A stretch of DNA of 64,000 nt from Lingula anatina (lineage: Eukaryota > Animalia > Brachiopoda): positions 15,412,644-15,476,643 of the forward strand of contig CM120643.1 in NCBI GenBank assembly GCA_051362555.1, in the 5' to 3' direction. The number at the start of each line of letters is the position of its first letter. Position 1 is the stretch's first letter. A program made the translations under genes and the position numbers. Under the pieces are notes generated by a model. The model did no database searches. It saw nothing but the letters and a program-made list of their open reading frames with translations, and had not been told where the DNA came from. Shown piece by piece: positions 35,002-45,689 of the stretch.

Positions 35002-36847
35002 TTGTAATATATTCAGTAGCATGATTAAAATCTCTGGGTGGAAATTTGAATGAACTGGTAGTCATGATAATAAAAAAAATTAATTATGAAATTAAGTGTA
35101 TATATTTTGACCTGAAATTTCAGTGATATCATGAGAAAGTAGAGATGAAAGCACTTTTTTTTTCAAATTAGAACTTTTAATTTAATTTAGTAAAAATTAC
35201 ATAATTCAATAACCTTATTTCTATTGTACATCACATTGTTGCCTTTTAGAACTCAACTAGAAAATATCTTTTCTCCTTTTGATTGACATGTCTTGGTTTA
35301 ATTAATATTAAGCAAATAGTAGACGTGTACCATTATAATTAAAAGTTTCAGTATGCATTATATCCTTTTCCTATAATTAAATGCACCCACTAAGTCATTG
35401 AATTGACAATTAGATAAGATATAAGAATTGTTGCACTTTGGTTGCTTAGATCCTTGTTAATTTTATTACTATTTAGCATTCTAAGAACACAGACAACCCA
35501 ATATCTATATCATTAATTGTTAGAAATATCTCAGTTTTCCATTGGCTGTATAGGTCAGTTCATCTCAGGTTACTGGCCCTGTTGAAACTCTACTATCCTT
35601 ACCAACATCAAAATTGACTAAAAGTGACTAACCTTTGATTTATTAAGATAATTGCACAGAAACCAATTTATTAACAACTTATTTTGTGGGGAAAAGGGAG
35701 AAATGCAATATAGTTTACTCTTGATTTTTCTCAAATTTTGGTGTTTTCTTAATGCAAGACATTCCAACACAAAGACATTTTACATTTTTATTTTATTGGC
35801 CTTTAAGAGTATCATTGGTTGACATGATTTTGTTTTTTCTTCTTTGTGTGTTCCAGAGTATGTTGACAGATGAGGAGAGAGAATGTGTTCTTGACCTTAA
35901 ACCTTTTATGAATCCATCTCCCTTCAGCGTGGCAGAGGTAGGTCATTTACTGTTTACTGATGTGAAATGGTATCATATTATAATGTTTGATTTTCACATA
36001 TTTAAAACAATCATTGTAACAGTTGGTGATGTAGCTCATATACAGATAAAATGTTTTAATAATTTTAAATTGCTATGATACATTTTCACATATTAGTTCT
36101 AATGATAACAATTACTTTGTACAACATTCAATGTTGCTGAGAAGTTGTTTTTGATTTCTTCTTGAATTCCTTAAGTTGTTTAATTGTTTTAACTAATATG
36201 AAAGAAATATTAAAATTTAATATTTTTTAAAGGCAACAATATAAAATTCAATTAAAAATGAAATTGTATTGTCTTACTGATTTGAAGAGTAATTAATGGT
36301 TTACTCTCTACACTGCTCATTAAAGATTGCATTCTTTTATAATCATTTACATCTTGAATTCCACAACCTTTTAAGATTTATTAAGTTTGAAAATTGTTTC
36401 TCTTCCAGATTGCGTCACTTCCCAAGGTCTTCACTTTATTTCGAGGTTTGGGACTCCGCCACCTTATAGTGGTTAATGATGATAACGAGGTAATACCAAA
36501 GATTTTAATGACAAGTTTGTTATTATTGATAGTTGACTTGGAACTTTATTCTAATGAGATTTAAGAGGATATGTCAAGATTGATTATTCACTTGAGTTTT
36601 TAGGTAAAACAATAAATCTATGGACATGGTATCTTTCATTACTATGTAGGAAAATTATTAAACAAAATGTAGTGTTTTTCAGTTTGATGATTGACTCATA
36701 AGACTGAACTATCAATACTTATCATATTTAATTTTATTTTTTCCACAGGTGAAAGGCATTATAACAAGGAAGGATTTAGCAAAGTACCGTACCATTGATA
36801 AGAAAGGAAAGTTAAACGTAGTGGAACTGGACATGAAAGAATGGTAG
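2266..36847 (+). CDS. CLCN7: CLC-7-like H+/Cl- exchange transporter, 23 coding exons, ~957 aa
   Basis: Phase-consistent exons: 2266-2358, 15955-16125, 16577-16921, 23036-23131, 23632-23697, 25592-25724, 26167-26285, 26528-26671, 27189-27437, 27784-27894, 28170-28224, 28460-28520, 28840-28987, 29840-29927, 30319-30494, 31614-31790, 32547-32632, 33084-33213, 33456-33530 (GC donor), 33881-33970, 35857-35937, 36409-36489, 36749-36847; total 2874 nt. CLC motifs GSGIP, GK|EGP (gating Glu), [11 protein letters not shown] (proton Glu), GVFIP and GIYD are present. CLC-6/7-type YE|GLDYE and two CBS domains (HSGFPVV; FMNPSP..LGLRHL..ITRKDL) are present. The first three exons rest on splice and phase logic only. 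Confidence 0.92.
3972..4139. mobile_element. MITE, hAT-like termini, 5-bp TSD
   Basis: TIR caggggcggat / atccgcccctg, with ATCCC on both sides. Confidence 0.8.
5734..6329. mobile_element. PIF/Harbinger-like palindromic MITE interrupted by a nested element
   Basis: TTA flanks; homologous in reverse orientation to 21916..22152. Confidence 0.65.
5822..6160. mobile_element. Kolobok-like MITE nested in the 5734 element
   Basis: 16-bp TIR agggataataactctt / aagagttattatccct; flanks ttag / ttaa (TTAA target with one change). Confidence 0.7.
6433..6580. mobile_element. Degraded member of the 12347/24586 MITE family
   Basis: ccattccc...gatcgatctatc.cc.tggggagtctcac matches the reverse complement of the 12347 right arm. 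Confidence 0.55.
8978..12055 (+). mobile_element. Non-autonomous Helentron-type element (HINE / pearl / DINE-1-like), copy 1
   Basis: Perfect 15-bp subterminal inverted repeat (tattgtaccaccagc 8978; gctggtggtacaata 12006). It also has a 5' hairpin, a GC-rich 9-mer repeat, a central 146-bp array, a 3' stem-loop gaggcg-gtat-cgcctc and a ctag-tt end in a T-rich site with no TSD. Confidence 0.85.
9990..11850. repeat. 146-bp tandem array, ~12.7 units, inside element copy 1
   Basis: caaaactggc recurs at 10001, 10147, 10293 ... 11461 and 11607, with a diverged last unit at 11752. Confidence 0.95.
12347..12561. mobile_element. Palindromic MITE, Harbinger-like
   Basis: TTA flanks; inverted arms containing tagatcgatcta; related to 24586. 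Confidence 0.65.
13773..13902. repeat. (CT)n-(CA)n compound microsatellite
   Basis: Directly visible. Other simple repeats: (CT)n ~2530-2556, (GA)n ~15732-15762, (TTTA)n ~34970 and ~45650, (TAT)n ~56153-56186, (CA)n ~61569-61608. Confidence 0.95.
14657..14797 (+). CDS. Candidate alternative first coding exon of the CLC-7-like gene (MMYEDCDKY...TDSDS)
   Basis: ATG at 14657 with an upstream in-frame stop at 14591. A phase-0 donor AGT|GTAAGG at 14798 is compatible with exon 15955. An internal ~20-aa repeat differs synonymously at conserved residues. Confidence 0.5.
17882..18089. mobile_element. hAT-type MITE with 8-bp TSD
   Basis: TIR caagggttttgccag / ctgggaaaacccctg (13/15); GACTGAAG duplicated at 17874-17881 and 18090-18097. 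Confidence 0.85.
18358..21734 (+). mobile_element. Same Helentron-type family, copy 2 (composite, with internal duplication)
   Basis: Highly similar to copy 1 over both flanks, with the same subTIRs (18358; 21685-21699), 3' stem-loop (21703-21720) and ctagtt end. Confidence 0.85.
19343..21520. repeat. 146-bp arrays in element copy 2 (10 units, a ~300-bp interruption, then ~2.7 units)
   Basis: Units at 19354, 19518 (first unit has an 18-nt internal duplication), 19664 ... 20686. Second block at 21131, 21277 and 21422. Confidence 0.93.
21916..22152. mobile_element. Palindromic MITE, Harbinger-like
   Basis: TIR ggctcattcccagt.aaact / agttttactgggaatgagcc; same family as 5734. Confidence 0.7.
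24006..24192. mobile_element. Palindromic MITE (degraded)
   Basis: Arms agggcacaatcagaacag / ctgttctgaatgtgctct, with imperfect symmetry continuing inward. Confidence 0.6.
24586..24843. mobile_element. Palindromic MITE, family of 12347
   Basis: tta-gaccccattccc start; inverted arms tacctagatcgatcta.caggatc / gatcctgctagatcgatctaggta. Confidence 0.7.
30469..31415 (+). repeat. 63-77-bp minisatellite (~14 copies) made from the last 26 nt of a CLC-7 exon plus its splice donor
   Basis: Unit acagactgatacctcacttagttcag|gtgggtagtgggtggtcagtggg(ag)n-gtgtta starts at 30469, 30534, 30599, 30664, 30731, 30796, 30861, 30938, 31003, 31066, 31129, 31192, 31269 and ~31331. Confidence 0.95.
31803..32230. 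repeat. Compound tetranucleotide microsatellite (GGTT/GGCT/GACT/GATT)n
   Basis: Directly visible; begins ~12 nt after the donor at 31791. Confidence 0.95.
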
Positions 36848-39800
36848 TGATAGCCAAAGAAATCCAACCATGGAGTGCCACAAATCAAAGCCAATGTTCC
36901 ACAATATGTCTTGTGGTTTTGTTCACACTCACCCGTCACCGTGATCAGTCGAGAAATATAAAACAGATAAAATGAATCTGAAAAACATAATTATAACACT
37001 CTAGTCTTGCTTCATGATAATGGGAAAAAATCAAAATCTCCACTGTGGTGTTTTAGTCATCTTTTGGGGTTTTTAGATTTATCAGCAGATCAAGGTAACA
37101 GCCAACTATGATTTTGTTTTCTTCATCTGTGACAGTCCTGCTTGAAAAGGTCATTACATCACTGCCATGTCCAGTCATATCAGTACACCAAGTATATATA
37201 GACCATAAAAGATGTCTCTTTTTTTATAAAGTTTCTTAAATCAACGCCAGTAATTTTAAGATTTAGTTTACTTATAAAAGCAGCATTTTTCTGAGATGCT
37301 CACTTGTGCTAAATCTACTTGTTTTAAATTTGTTTACAAATATATTGTGATACTGTTAAGGGCTTTAGGGCCAAGGTATCATTTTGTAATATGAATTATT
37401 CAAAATATTGTTTATATTTGTCTTTAAGTGACCTGTTTGTATTTGTATTTGTATTCATGGGACCAAGGGTTTGTCTCATGTAAGGAGATAAATACAAGTA
37501 ACAGGCATATAGACTTAACAAATCATCATATTGCAGAATAATTTTTAAGCTTTTGGTATAACTTTTGTTCAAGTTATTTATTCATATTAATGGTAGTAAT
37601 TGAGACTAAAATGTATTTATGAACTCTGGCCCATTAGTTTTGAATCCCTGTAGACCTGTTTTCTGTTGTGTAGCTTTTATGTACAGTTTTTAAAGACCGT
37701 CTTGTAAGTATTGATGCTTTGTAGGAAAAGGCGTTATTTTCTTTCTCTCTGTGCGGTTATCACTTCAATTTGTTTTCCACCTTTTATTAGGAATGTTATT
37801 ATTATTTGCATTTATAGTAATAAGATTATTTTCCAATTTCCATTTTTGTGTAATGGTAATAACCCTTGGGTCAAGTTACTTCTGTTGCTAAATGAGCCTT
37901 TTTGCTAATTTGGCCAAATTTAATCATCGAGTCCTGGGATTTATAAGGGATTGATAAAATTATATTTATGAGATAAGCCAAATATATTCCACATAATCAA
38001 CCCAGGTGTCATTTTATATTTATTTTGTGCACAAAATCAAAACAGCGATTTAAAATGTATGTTATATTTATTGTTATTATGTAATACTATTAAAAAGGCA
38101 TATATTGAAATACATTTATTTGATAGAAATCTCAACTGGTACTGAAGAAAAGTATATGTATACTGAATGATATTAAACATGAATGGGCGGACTTGTTTGT
38201 AATTGTTGACTTCCCTCAGTTCTGAATAATTTAAAATTTGTTCAACATGTTTTTCTCTGGGGCAGTTTTTGTGAGGAACTGATCATCTTCTGAGTGTTCT
38301 CAGTAGTATTGATATAGTATGACGTAGTTGTTATGTGTAATGGGTGATTTGGTTTTTGAAGGGAATGTGAAAGTTTTACCTTAAATGAGACCAAAAAGTT
38401 AACTTTGCCAAAAAGTAAAAGGGAAAAAGTGGTGAACTTATCAAAAAGGGAATGAACAGAGGAAAAACATATCATTTTGCCAAACATTTGCATTGAAAAT
38501 AATTTGTATCTTTCAGGTCATGTTATAGTGAAAAAAGAATTTTGTGTTGGAATCTTTTGCCATATTTGCTCACAATGACCCAATACCTGGAAAAGGCAGA
38601 GGCATGGCTGACAGATTTTTGAATCACCTCTGAATCTCAAAGTGCCCAACTTATAACAATCTTACGTAATCCAATTATATATATATAGGCCAAAAAATCC
38701 AATTTGGCAGCACCCTCAGTCAGGCAAAGGTTTTATGATTGATTCTTGTAGTTAAGAACCTGTCAGTGAGTTTCTCATTTCTGCTTGTTTCTGGCTCGAA
38801 AAAGTGTCCATTTGTACCAGAAAGACGCCAAATCCAAGATGTCTGCCAATAAATTCATTTGTCATATATAAATCAAATAATTGATTTTACAGTCAGTAAA
38901 CAATTAAATATTATCAAAATTGAACTGGCCACATGTATTCTGGCCTTCTTCAACTATTTAGGCATTTTACATTTTTCAAGATGGCAACCATTTTCCTTAT
39001 TTAAAATAAATAAAACGAGTACCTATAAATTTGAAAAAAAAAATTAACCAAAAATTAGGAATATTTTAAGTTTTGATGGATTTGAATTAATTGAAGTCTT
39101 TATTTTCAATTTATACCAGTTACTTTATCTAAAAATCATATATCTGAACACAGATGGCTCTTATCCAAGATGGCCACTACATAAAATGGGTTTATTTTGA
39201 TATGTCAACCAGTAATACCTACTATAAAATATTTAAGAATACATATTTAAGGTTTTATTGCTGTAGTTATGAGTTGACATTCATGACTTAATATTTTGTA
39301 CTACTTTGAGACTTCGTTCAGGGTTGAAAAATCCAAAATGGCTGCCAATGTCTGGATTCCAGACAAACAATATTTTGTTTACATGTTGAAAAACATCAAA
39401 TTGAATGATAAAGTAAATAAAAATATACATTTTTGATAAATTTATCTGTTTGTTGCAATGTTCCTTTGCCAGTTACACTTAATTTTGCCAAAAAGTGGTT
39501 ATTTTAGTTTTATTTATCATGATTCCAAGATGGCCATTGATAAAATGAACTGCAGGCTACCCTGTGTGGACAATAATAGCACATGCTGTAGGTCTTACTA
39601 AAATGCATAATTCTGTTTTTGGGCTTATGATAGAACAACTTTTACTGTGGCGGCTGCCTGTGTCACTCGTGGCTCCACTACAGTGTATTTCCAGCTAAAA
39701 ATGACCAGGCAGCTTTACATCTTACACCATTCAACGTCTTTTAAAGCGCACAACCCTGTCTCAGCAGTACCCTTCAAGAACTTTTCAGTTCAACTGGTTC

Positions 39801-41267
39801 TTCTGTAAACTTGGGTCAAAGACAAAAAAAAAAAAAGAAAAAAAAAATTCAAAACAGTAAACTGTTGAAGGGAAACAATTTAACAGAAGGATTACCACAA
39901 AGTGGAGGTTATAATTTATTAATAACAAGAACTTATGACAGTTGTCTTCATTAATTAATTAACCTGGGCTCCATAACTCGAAAACATCGCGCGTTGTTTA
40001 TCACCTTTCATTTCGAGGCTATTAGGGCCTACATGGGGAGAGTAAATTCCAAGTTATGGAATAGAGACGCTTGTGCTCAGTTGCAATTCACGATGCTTTC
40101 GAGCCCTGTATTTACTTAATCTAAAGAGAAACTTTCGAAATAATTATAGATATATTATCCCTTTTTTGAATAACAAATGAGAACAATTTTCGGAAATTGT
40201 ACCTAAAAGAACATCTAGAGATTCTTTGTCATAGATTACAGAATTGATCAAATTGAATTTTTGAATCTGATAAAAAGTTTTGCAAAAGTGAATATTTATC
40301 ATTTAGCTACCATCTTCTAAATACTGAATGTTATAAATATTAACTAAATTTTCTTGTGGTGTCTTCCCCAATTATACATGTAAATAACAGCTGAGTAGGC
40401 ACACTCTGACTAGTAGATACTGAATAATTTGAAATGTTATCATTGTACACAAATTATAGCATTATACAGTGGATAATCAGAAATGTTTACAACTTTCTGG
40501 GCATTCATCAGGAATGGCATGTAACTGACTAAAATGCCATTTAGGGGACCATCTCTGCAAGAACAGTTTTGATTTGAAATATAAAAACAAACCTGGGTTT
40601 ATTTTTGATCTTCAAATTAAGAAAAATATTGTTCATCTTGTTCTTAACAGACAGACACATTTGTTATATTTTCGATAGTCTAAAACAAAGCTTAAAATAG
40701 GTCAATTTTTATGTGAAACAAACCCCAAAAGTTAACATTATACAGCTTGCAATACTTTTGCACACAAAAATCTGTATGAAATGTCAGAATAAAAGGAAAT
40801 CTACTTCAAAATGCTGTGCCAGTGTCTGCTTTGGTGCTTGCAAGTTACAGACAAGAAACTTTCTTCAAAGACTGGTCATGCTTACATCAAATACAATTTA
40901 TTATTGTAATTGATATGAATAAATTTAATCCAGATTAAAGTTGTACTGAGAGAATATGTGCCAGTGCAAAAAAAAAAAATGTCTATCCATTATTATCCTA
41001 CTGTTTTTGAAGTTTCCACTTGCATCCAAATGTGTGAAGAAACTGGCCAAGTAATTTGAATTTCAATCCACCTGCATTATCAGACTCTGAGGTAAAAACT
41101 GAAACCTGTTCCTTCAGTCTTAACTAATATCATGAATTAATTATCCTCTCTCCTCTTGCTGCAATTTAATCTGACTACACAAATAGGTTTTAAAAGTATA
41201 AATAAATGGAAAAATTTGATTTCTGTGAAAAGGATTTGAAGCAATCCTGAGAACTTTAAAGCGGCTA

Positions 41268-43633
41268 TTATTGAGGGACAACTCTCTCAATGTGTTCCTG
41301 TACAAATGTGTTTTTCCAGTCCAAGGTTATGTTGTCCAAATGGTTATCAAAGTCCACTAACTGGTCATACACCTGGGCATCCACTAATGCTGAAGCTATA
41401 GGCATACCATCCTCCTCCACAGTCACTCTGAAACCAGTGATTAAACAGCCACCATTTTAAACTATTCTATAATGTGAAATATATTTATTATGAATTTCGT
41501 CTTTTATGCAGTAAAACTTCTGACTTTGAAATTAATCTGTGCATCTTCTATCTAGAATAAAAAGTTATATTTTTATGTCTCAATTTTGTATTAAAATTTA
41601 AAGGTTTCTTTTCGTAGACTCTGTGATTTACATTACATTAATTACATAATTTTCACTTCATTACCTGTGATACTGTTTTCCTACAATGAGAAAATTTTAA
41701 AAAAATCCTTGCTAGGGAAAAAATTACCATATAGCCATCTTTTACTTACTTCTGATCTTTTATTTCCCATTTTCCATCATGCCTGCAATATATCCTATAG
41801 ATCTCAGATTCTTCTAGTTGCTTCAACTTATTGTTATTAACCTAAAAAGACACACGCATACTATGTAGCTCACATATACAGTTATCCGATTATCAATACC
41901 TGCCGAATTTTAGTTTGAAAAAAAAAAAGGATAAAGATATGAACTAATGGTTCTGGACCAGCAGATATCCAGATCAAGTGGGTGTTCTTGTAAATCTGGT
42001 GGATTGCTACAATTAATTCTAAATTAAACATTCAAATTGGCAGTTGTTTATCTGGCTTTGTTGTGAACTTTGTCAGTTTGAATGCTTGGCATATCCAGCA
42101 AGTTCCCAGCATGCCTGTGTGGATTCTCTGAGGAAAATGACTTAAAATCATAAGCTGTCTTGAAAATCTTTAATATTTAATTAGCATTTCAGAAAGTTAC
42201 GCAATGCAAGTATTTAACAATCATCAATGCAGTGAAATATATAATCTGCTTTTTTGCTGACTCTCTAAATATATAAACCATTCTGACTTTAGTCATCTAC
42301 AATAAAATACCATTTTTGATTTTTAAAAGACATATTTTACAATACAGAATTATATTCTACTAGTAGTCTACATATATTTTATCAAGTAAGTACAAGCCAC
42401 CAAGGGTATATGTCTTTATAGCAAAATTTCCGGCATGTCTCTTAATTTCAGTTTTCTTAAATTTAAAAAAGACACTACCATCTGCATACTTACCATAAAC
42501 AAGCACCCATCACTAAAGTTTTCACATATTTTGTCTGCTATCCTTTTGGCTATAAAAGTTGGACTGAAAATTATTTTAAAATTCAATATATTATATCCCA
42601 TACACAGTGAGCAAATAGTGAATTATTGTAACATTTTACTAGTAGTCTGTTTTCCTCATTATAATGATGATGTTTCTGTATAGTATTTGGGGTTGAAATA
42701 AGTACATAATTCTGAGCAAATCTGTCTAATCTAAAAAACATCATTTAGAAAAATTAATGTGATAAAAAACAAAGTTGTTGGTTTTAATTAAAAACGTTGT
42801 TCAGAAAAGAATCAAGATCTGATATGTACAAATATTCAATTCCTTAAAGATTTAAATTCATTAACAATATTAAGCTCTGTCAATAAGACTTAACAATTAA
42901 TTAAGTCCCTACATATATAGAATGCTGTAAAATTGGAAAGAAATGCAATTTTTGAGACTGACCCACTGTAAGATTTAAATTGAATGAAAATGACCATTTA
43001 ATTCTCCTACCTAGGATCACTTATGACAGCCCCCGCATGATAGTAACCTGCTATTATAAGCCCTTGTTGACTACAGTAGGATTCAATCTATAAATTAAGC
43101 AAATGTAAATTATGATATAATATTGGAGAGATTGTTGTTGCTGGTTATAGCTTTTTTTTTTTGCTACAGTTGGGTTCCAATAAAGAAAATAATAACAATT
43201 AAATTTGTAAATTTCACATACAAATTGGGTATATAGGACAAGTATTAAATCACCTCTACTATAACATTTGCAGTCTTTCTGGAATTATAATCAGGACTTG
43301 CTTTTGAACAACTACTAGTACTTAACTTTTTTGTCCTTATTCAACAAAGACAGCAATTAACAACTACATGAATCAAGGTAAGTTTTAACAAATAAAAGCC
43401 ATCAACATCCAAGAGACACCCCGCCGTACCTGTGTCATTGCAACTTCTAACATAGGAGTTAATTCTAGTGCTAAATGAAATAATGGAATGACATCCACAA
43501 AATGTAAACTCCTATTTTCCTTTGTGGGTTTCTTTGCCAGAAGAACTCCGTTCACAGCACAGTGTGGGTATTTTGACAAGTGAAGCACCAGCTTACAGTA
43601 GGCGATAACACTAACGCTCACATCGGGAGGCAT
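41268..43633 (-). CDS. EMC8: ER membrane protein complex subunit 8/9 (UPF0172, MPN-like), 5 exons, 200 aa
   Basis: Exons 43633-43430, 43087-43011, 42563-42494, 41841-41750, 41427-41268 (603 nt, phases consistent). Motifs [47 protein letters not shown] and [14 protein letters not shown] are characteristic of EMC8/EMC9. Confidence 0.95.
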
Positions 43634-43980
43634 CTTTCCGATTTAATTAACAATGCCTTTCACCATGAACACGCCAACTCTGTTCGCAGTATCGCTACTA
43701 GTTTTTTGCTCATTTGGACACTAAAATAGGTGGAAGGAACTTCAAGAAAAGACAATCTCTAAACAAGGAAAGGAAATTAGATTTAATTCCATAAAAACAA
43801 GAATATTTCAGCTTAAAACTCCAACTATGCATGAATATACCATCTTCTATAATTTGAGGGTTTATAGTCTAAGAACCAAACATTTTAATTAAATAATTGT
43901 TATCGAACTTTGTGTTTGTCGCGTCACGTGTCTTGGAGACAATAAACAAGATGGAGAATCAAGATCAAGCACATGCAAAA
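43634..43980. promoter_or_regulatory. Bidirectional promoter region between EMC8/9 and the EF-hand gene, with the latter's first exon
   Basis: Head-to-head layout and local CpG. GTCACGTG E-box at 43923-43930, X-box-like gtgtcttggagac at 43928-43940, forkhead-like ATAAACA at 43942-43948, and donor AAA|GTGAGT at 43981. Confidence 0.6.
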
Positions 43981-44627
43981 GTGAGTACAATTTTGGTTAT
44001 TGTACAGTTAGACGAGCTTGTTCATCAGAATTAGACTCCGCGTATTTTGTGTAAGAAGTAAGTCACTCTACCTTTTACAAGCCCATCAAATTGATTACTG
44101 ATAGATTATTAGTCGTAGTCGAAGATGTAGATCACAGATGTAGTCTGTATTTCAGCTAGACTTTAGTAAGTTAATATATCCAGATTTATTAAAATTAACA
44201 TTTTCCCCTGAAAATGTGCATTTGGGAGACTAGTTGAAGCTACTGTAGCCGTGATCACACTGAAAGTGTATGGAACTAGTCTACTGCAAGATATGTTGTC
44301 CACATCAATGATGTTGATCAGTTGTCATCAGTTGTCCTTATACTGTAGCTACTAGTATGAGAGGACTGGGCATTTTTAAAGCCGACTGACACTGTGGGAC
44401 AGCAGCTAGTTAGGTCCAAAAGTCTTTTGTAAACAGGCTGTCTTTAGCAGTGATATATATATATATATCACATCAAATGTGAAATTTGTGATGCTCAAGA
44501 GGGCCTTCAAATGAAGGTATCAAGAGTTCAGAAGAGCTACAGATACATGTACATGCAGGTCCATTAACTCTGATTGTCCATCACAAAATATCAGAATAGA
44601 AAAGGCTACTCTTATAAGTGGAATGTA

Positions 44628-44725
44628 CCCAGCAGACAAACGACATTGATTCACCGTTGAATCAACGTTAATTTTGGTGGATCAACATTGAATCAACGTA
44701 GAATCAATGTCGTTTGCCTGCTGGG
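44628..44725. mobile_element. 98-bp MITE with CCC termini and TA flanks (EnSpm-like non-autonomous type)
   Basis: 25-bp TIR cccagcagacaaacgacattgattc / gaatcaatgtcgtttgcctgctggg; internal ttgaatcaacgt repeats. Confidence 0.8.
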
Positions 44726-45340
44726 TAGGTAGTGTTAACATGGTGTTCTGGAGGTTATTCAGTACATTATTTTACTGAAGCATTCTGTTTCAAAAATAGC
44801 ATATCATTTATTTTCATTCCATTTTTAATTATGCTATAACTAATATAACTAACTGTTAGTGTAGCAAGTCACATGACCCTGTGGTCACTCTTAGTTAGGT
44901 GAACTTTTATCAGTCACATGGTTTTGGGTATGCATGGTGTAGAAATCTTAAGAGAATTTAGTAGACAAGAAGCAAGCATACCAGTCGGTCACCTGTTTTG
45001 GAACCGTAGATAGCATATAATGTGAGTACTTGAAAAATGTATTTTTTTACTCTAACGCCTATACTGTAGTTTGTTTTTAATTCTGAGCTTATTATTTATT
45101 GCATACTTACATCATTTTTACATTTCTTTTAGATTTGTACAAAACCCAAACTACACAAAGAACAAACGTGCCAGGGTGTCTATTGTGCTAATGGAAATGT
45201 TACAAGTTGTGCTGTCTATATGTCAATAAAGGATTCAGTTATTTTATGCTTAACGTCATCTACACTAACCATAACTAATTTTCAGATGGATTGACAAACA
45301 GTGATCTCCAGTCAAGTGCCTCGGTAGTTAGCTTCCCAAC

Positions 45341-45650
45341 ATGCCTAAGAAAAAGAAGGGGAAGGGAGGGAAGAAGAAAAAGAAGTAAGAACCTCATCCT
45401 GTTGAAAATACACTCAGTTTGATTTTTCTAGATCTTTTTTGGTAATGATTGTATATTTAAAAATCTTCATGAATTAATCCAATGTCAATTAAGTCAACAA
45501 GCAAGGAGAGTACTCCAAGACTGCAAACCTCTATGATGACAAAATGTAAATAACAATAACATGCAAGTTATTAAGAAATATATTAGGATACCCAAATTCA
45601 GTTGACATTGGAATCACTTTTTTTCACCCTGAATCCTTTTTTTATTATTT

Positions 45651-45689
<39 letters not shown>

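Noticed and set aside
43923-43930. CLEAR/TFEB element regulating the CLC-7 gene
   Set aside because: Lies ~41 kb from the CLC-7 start, at another promoter; a generic E-box is the simpler reading.
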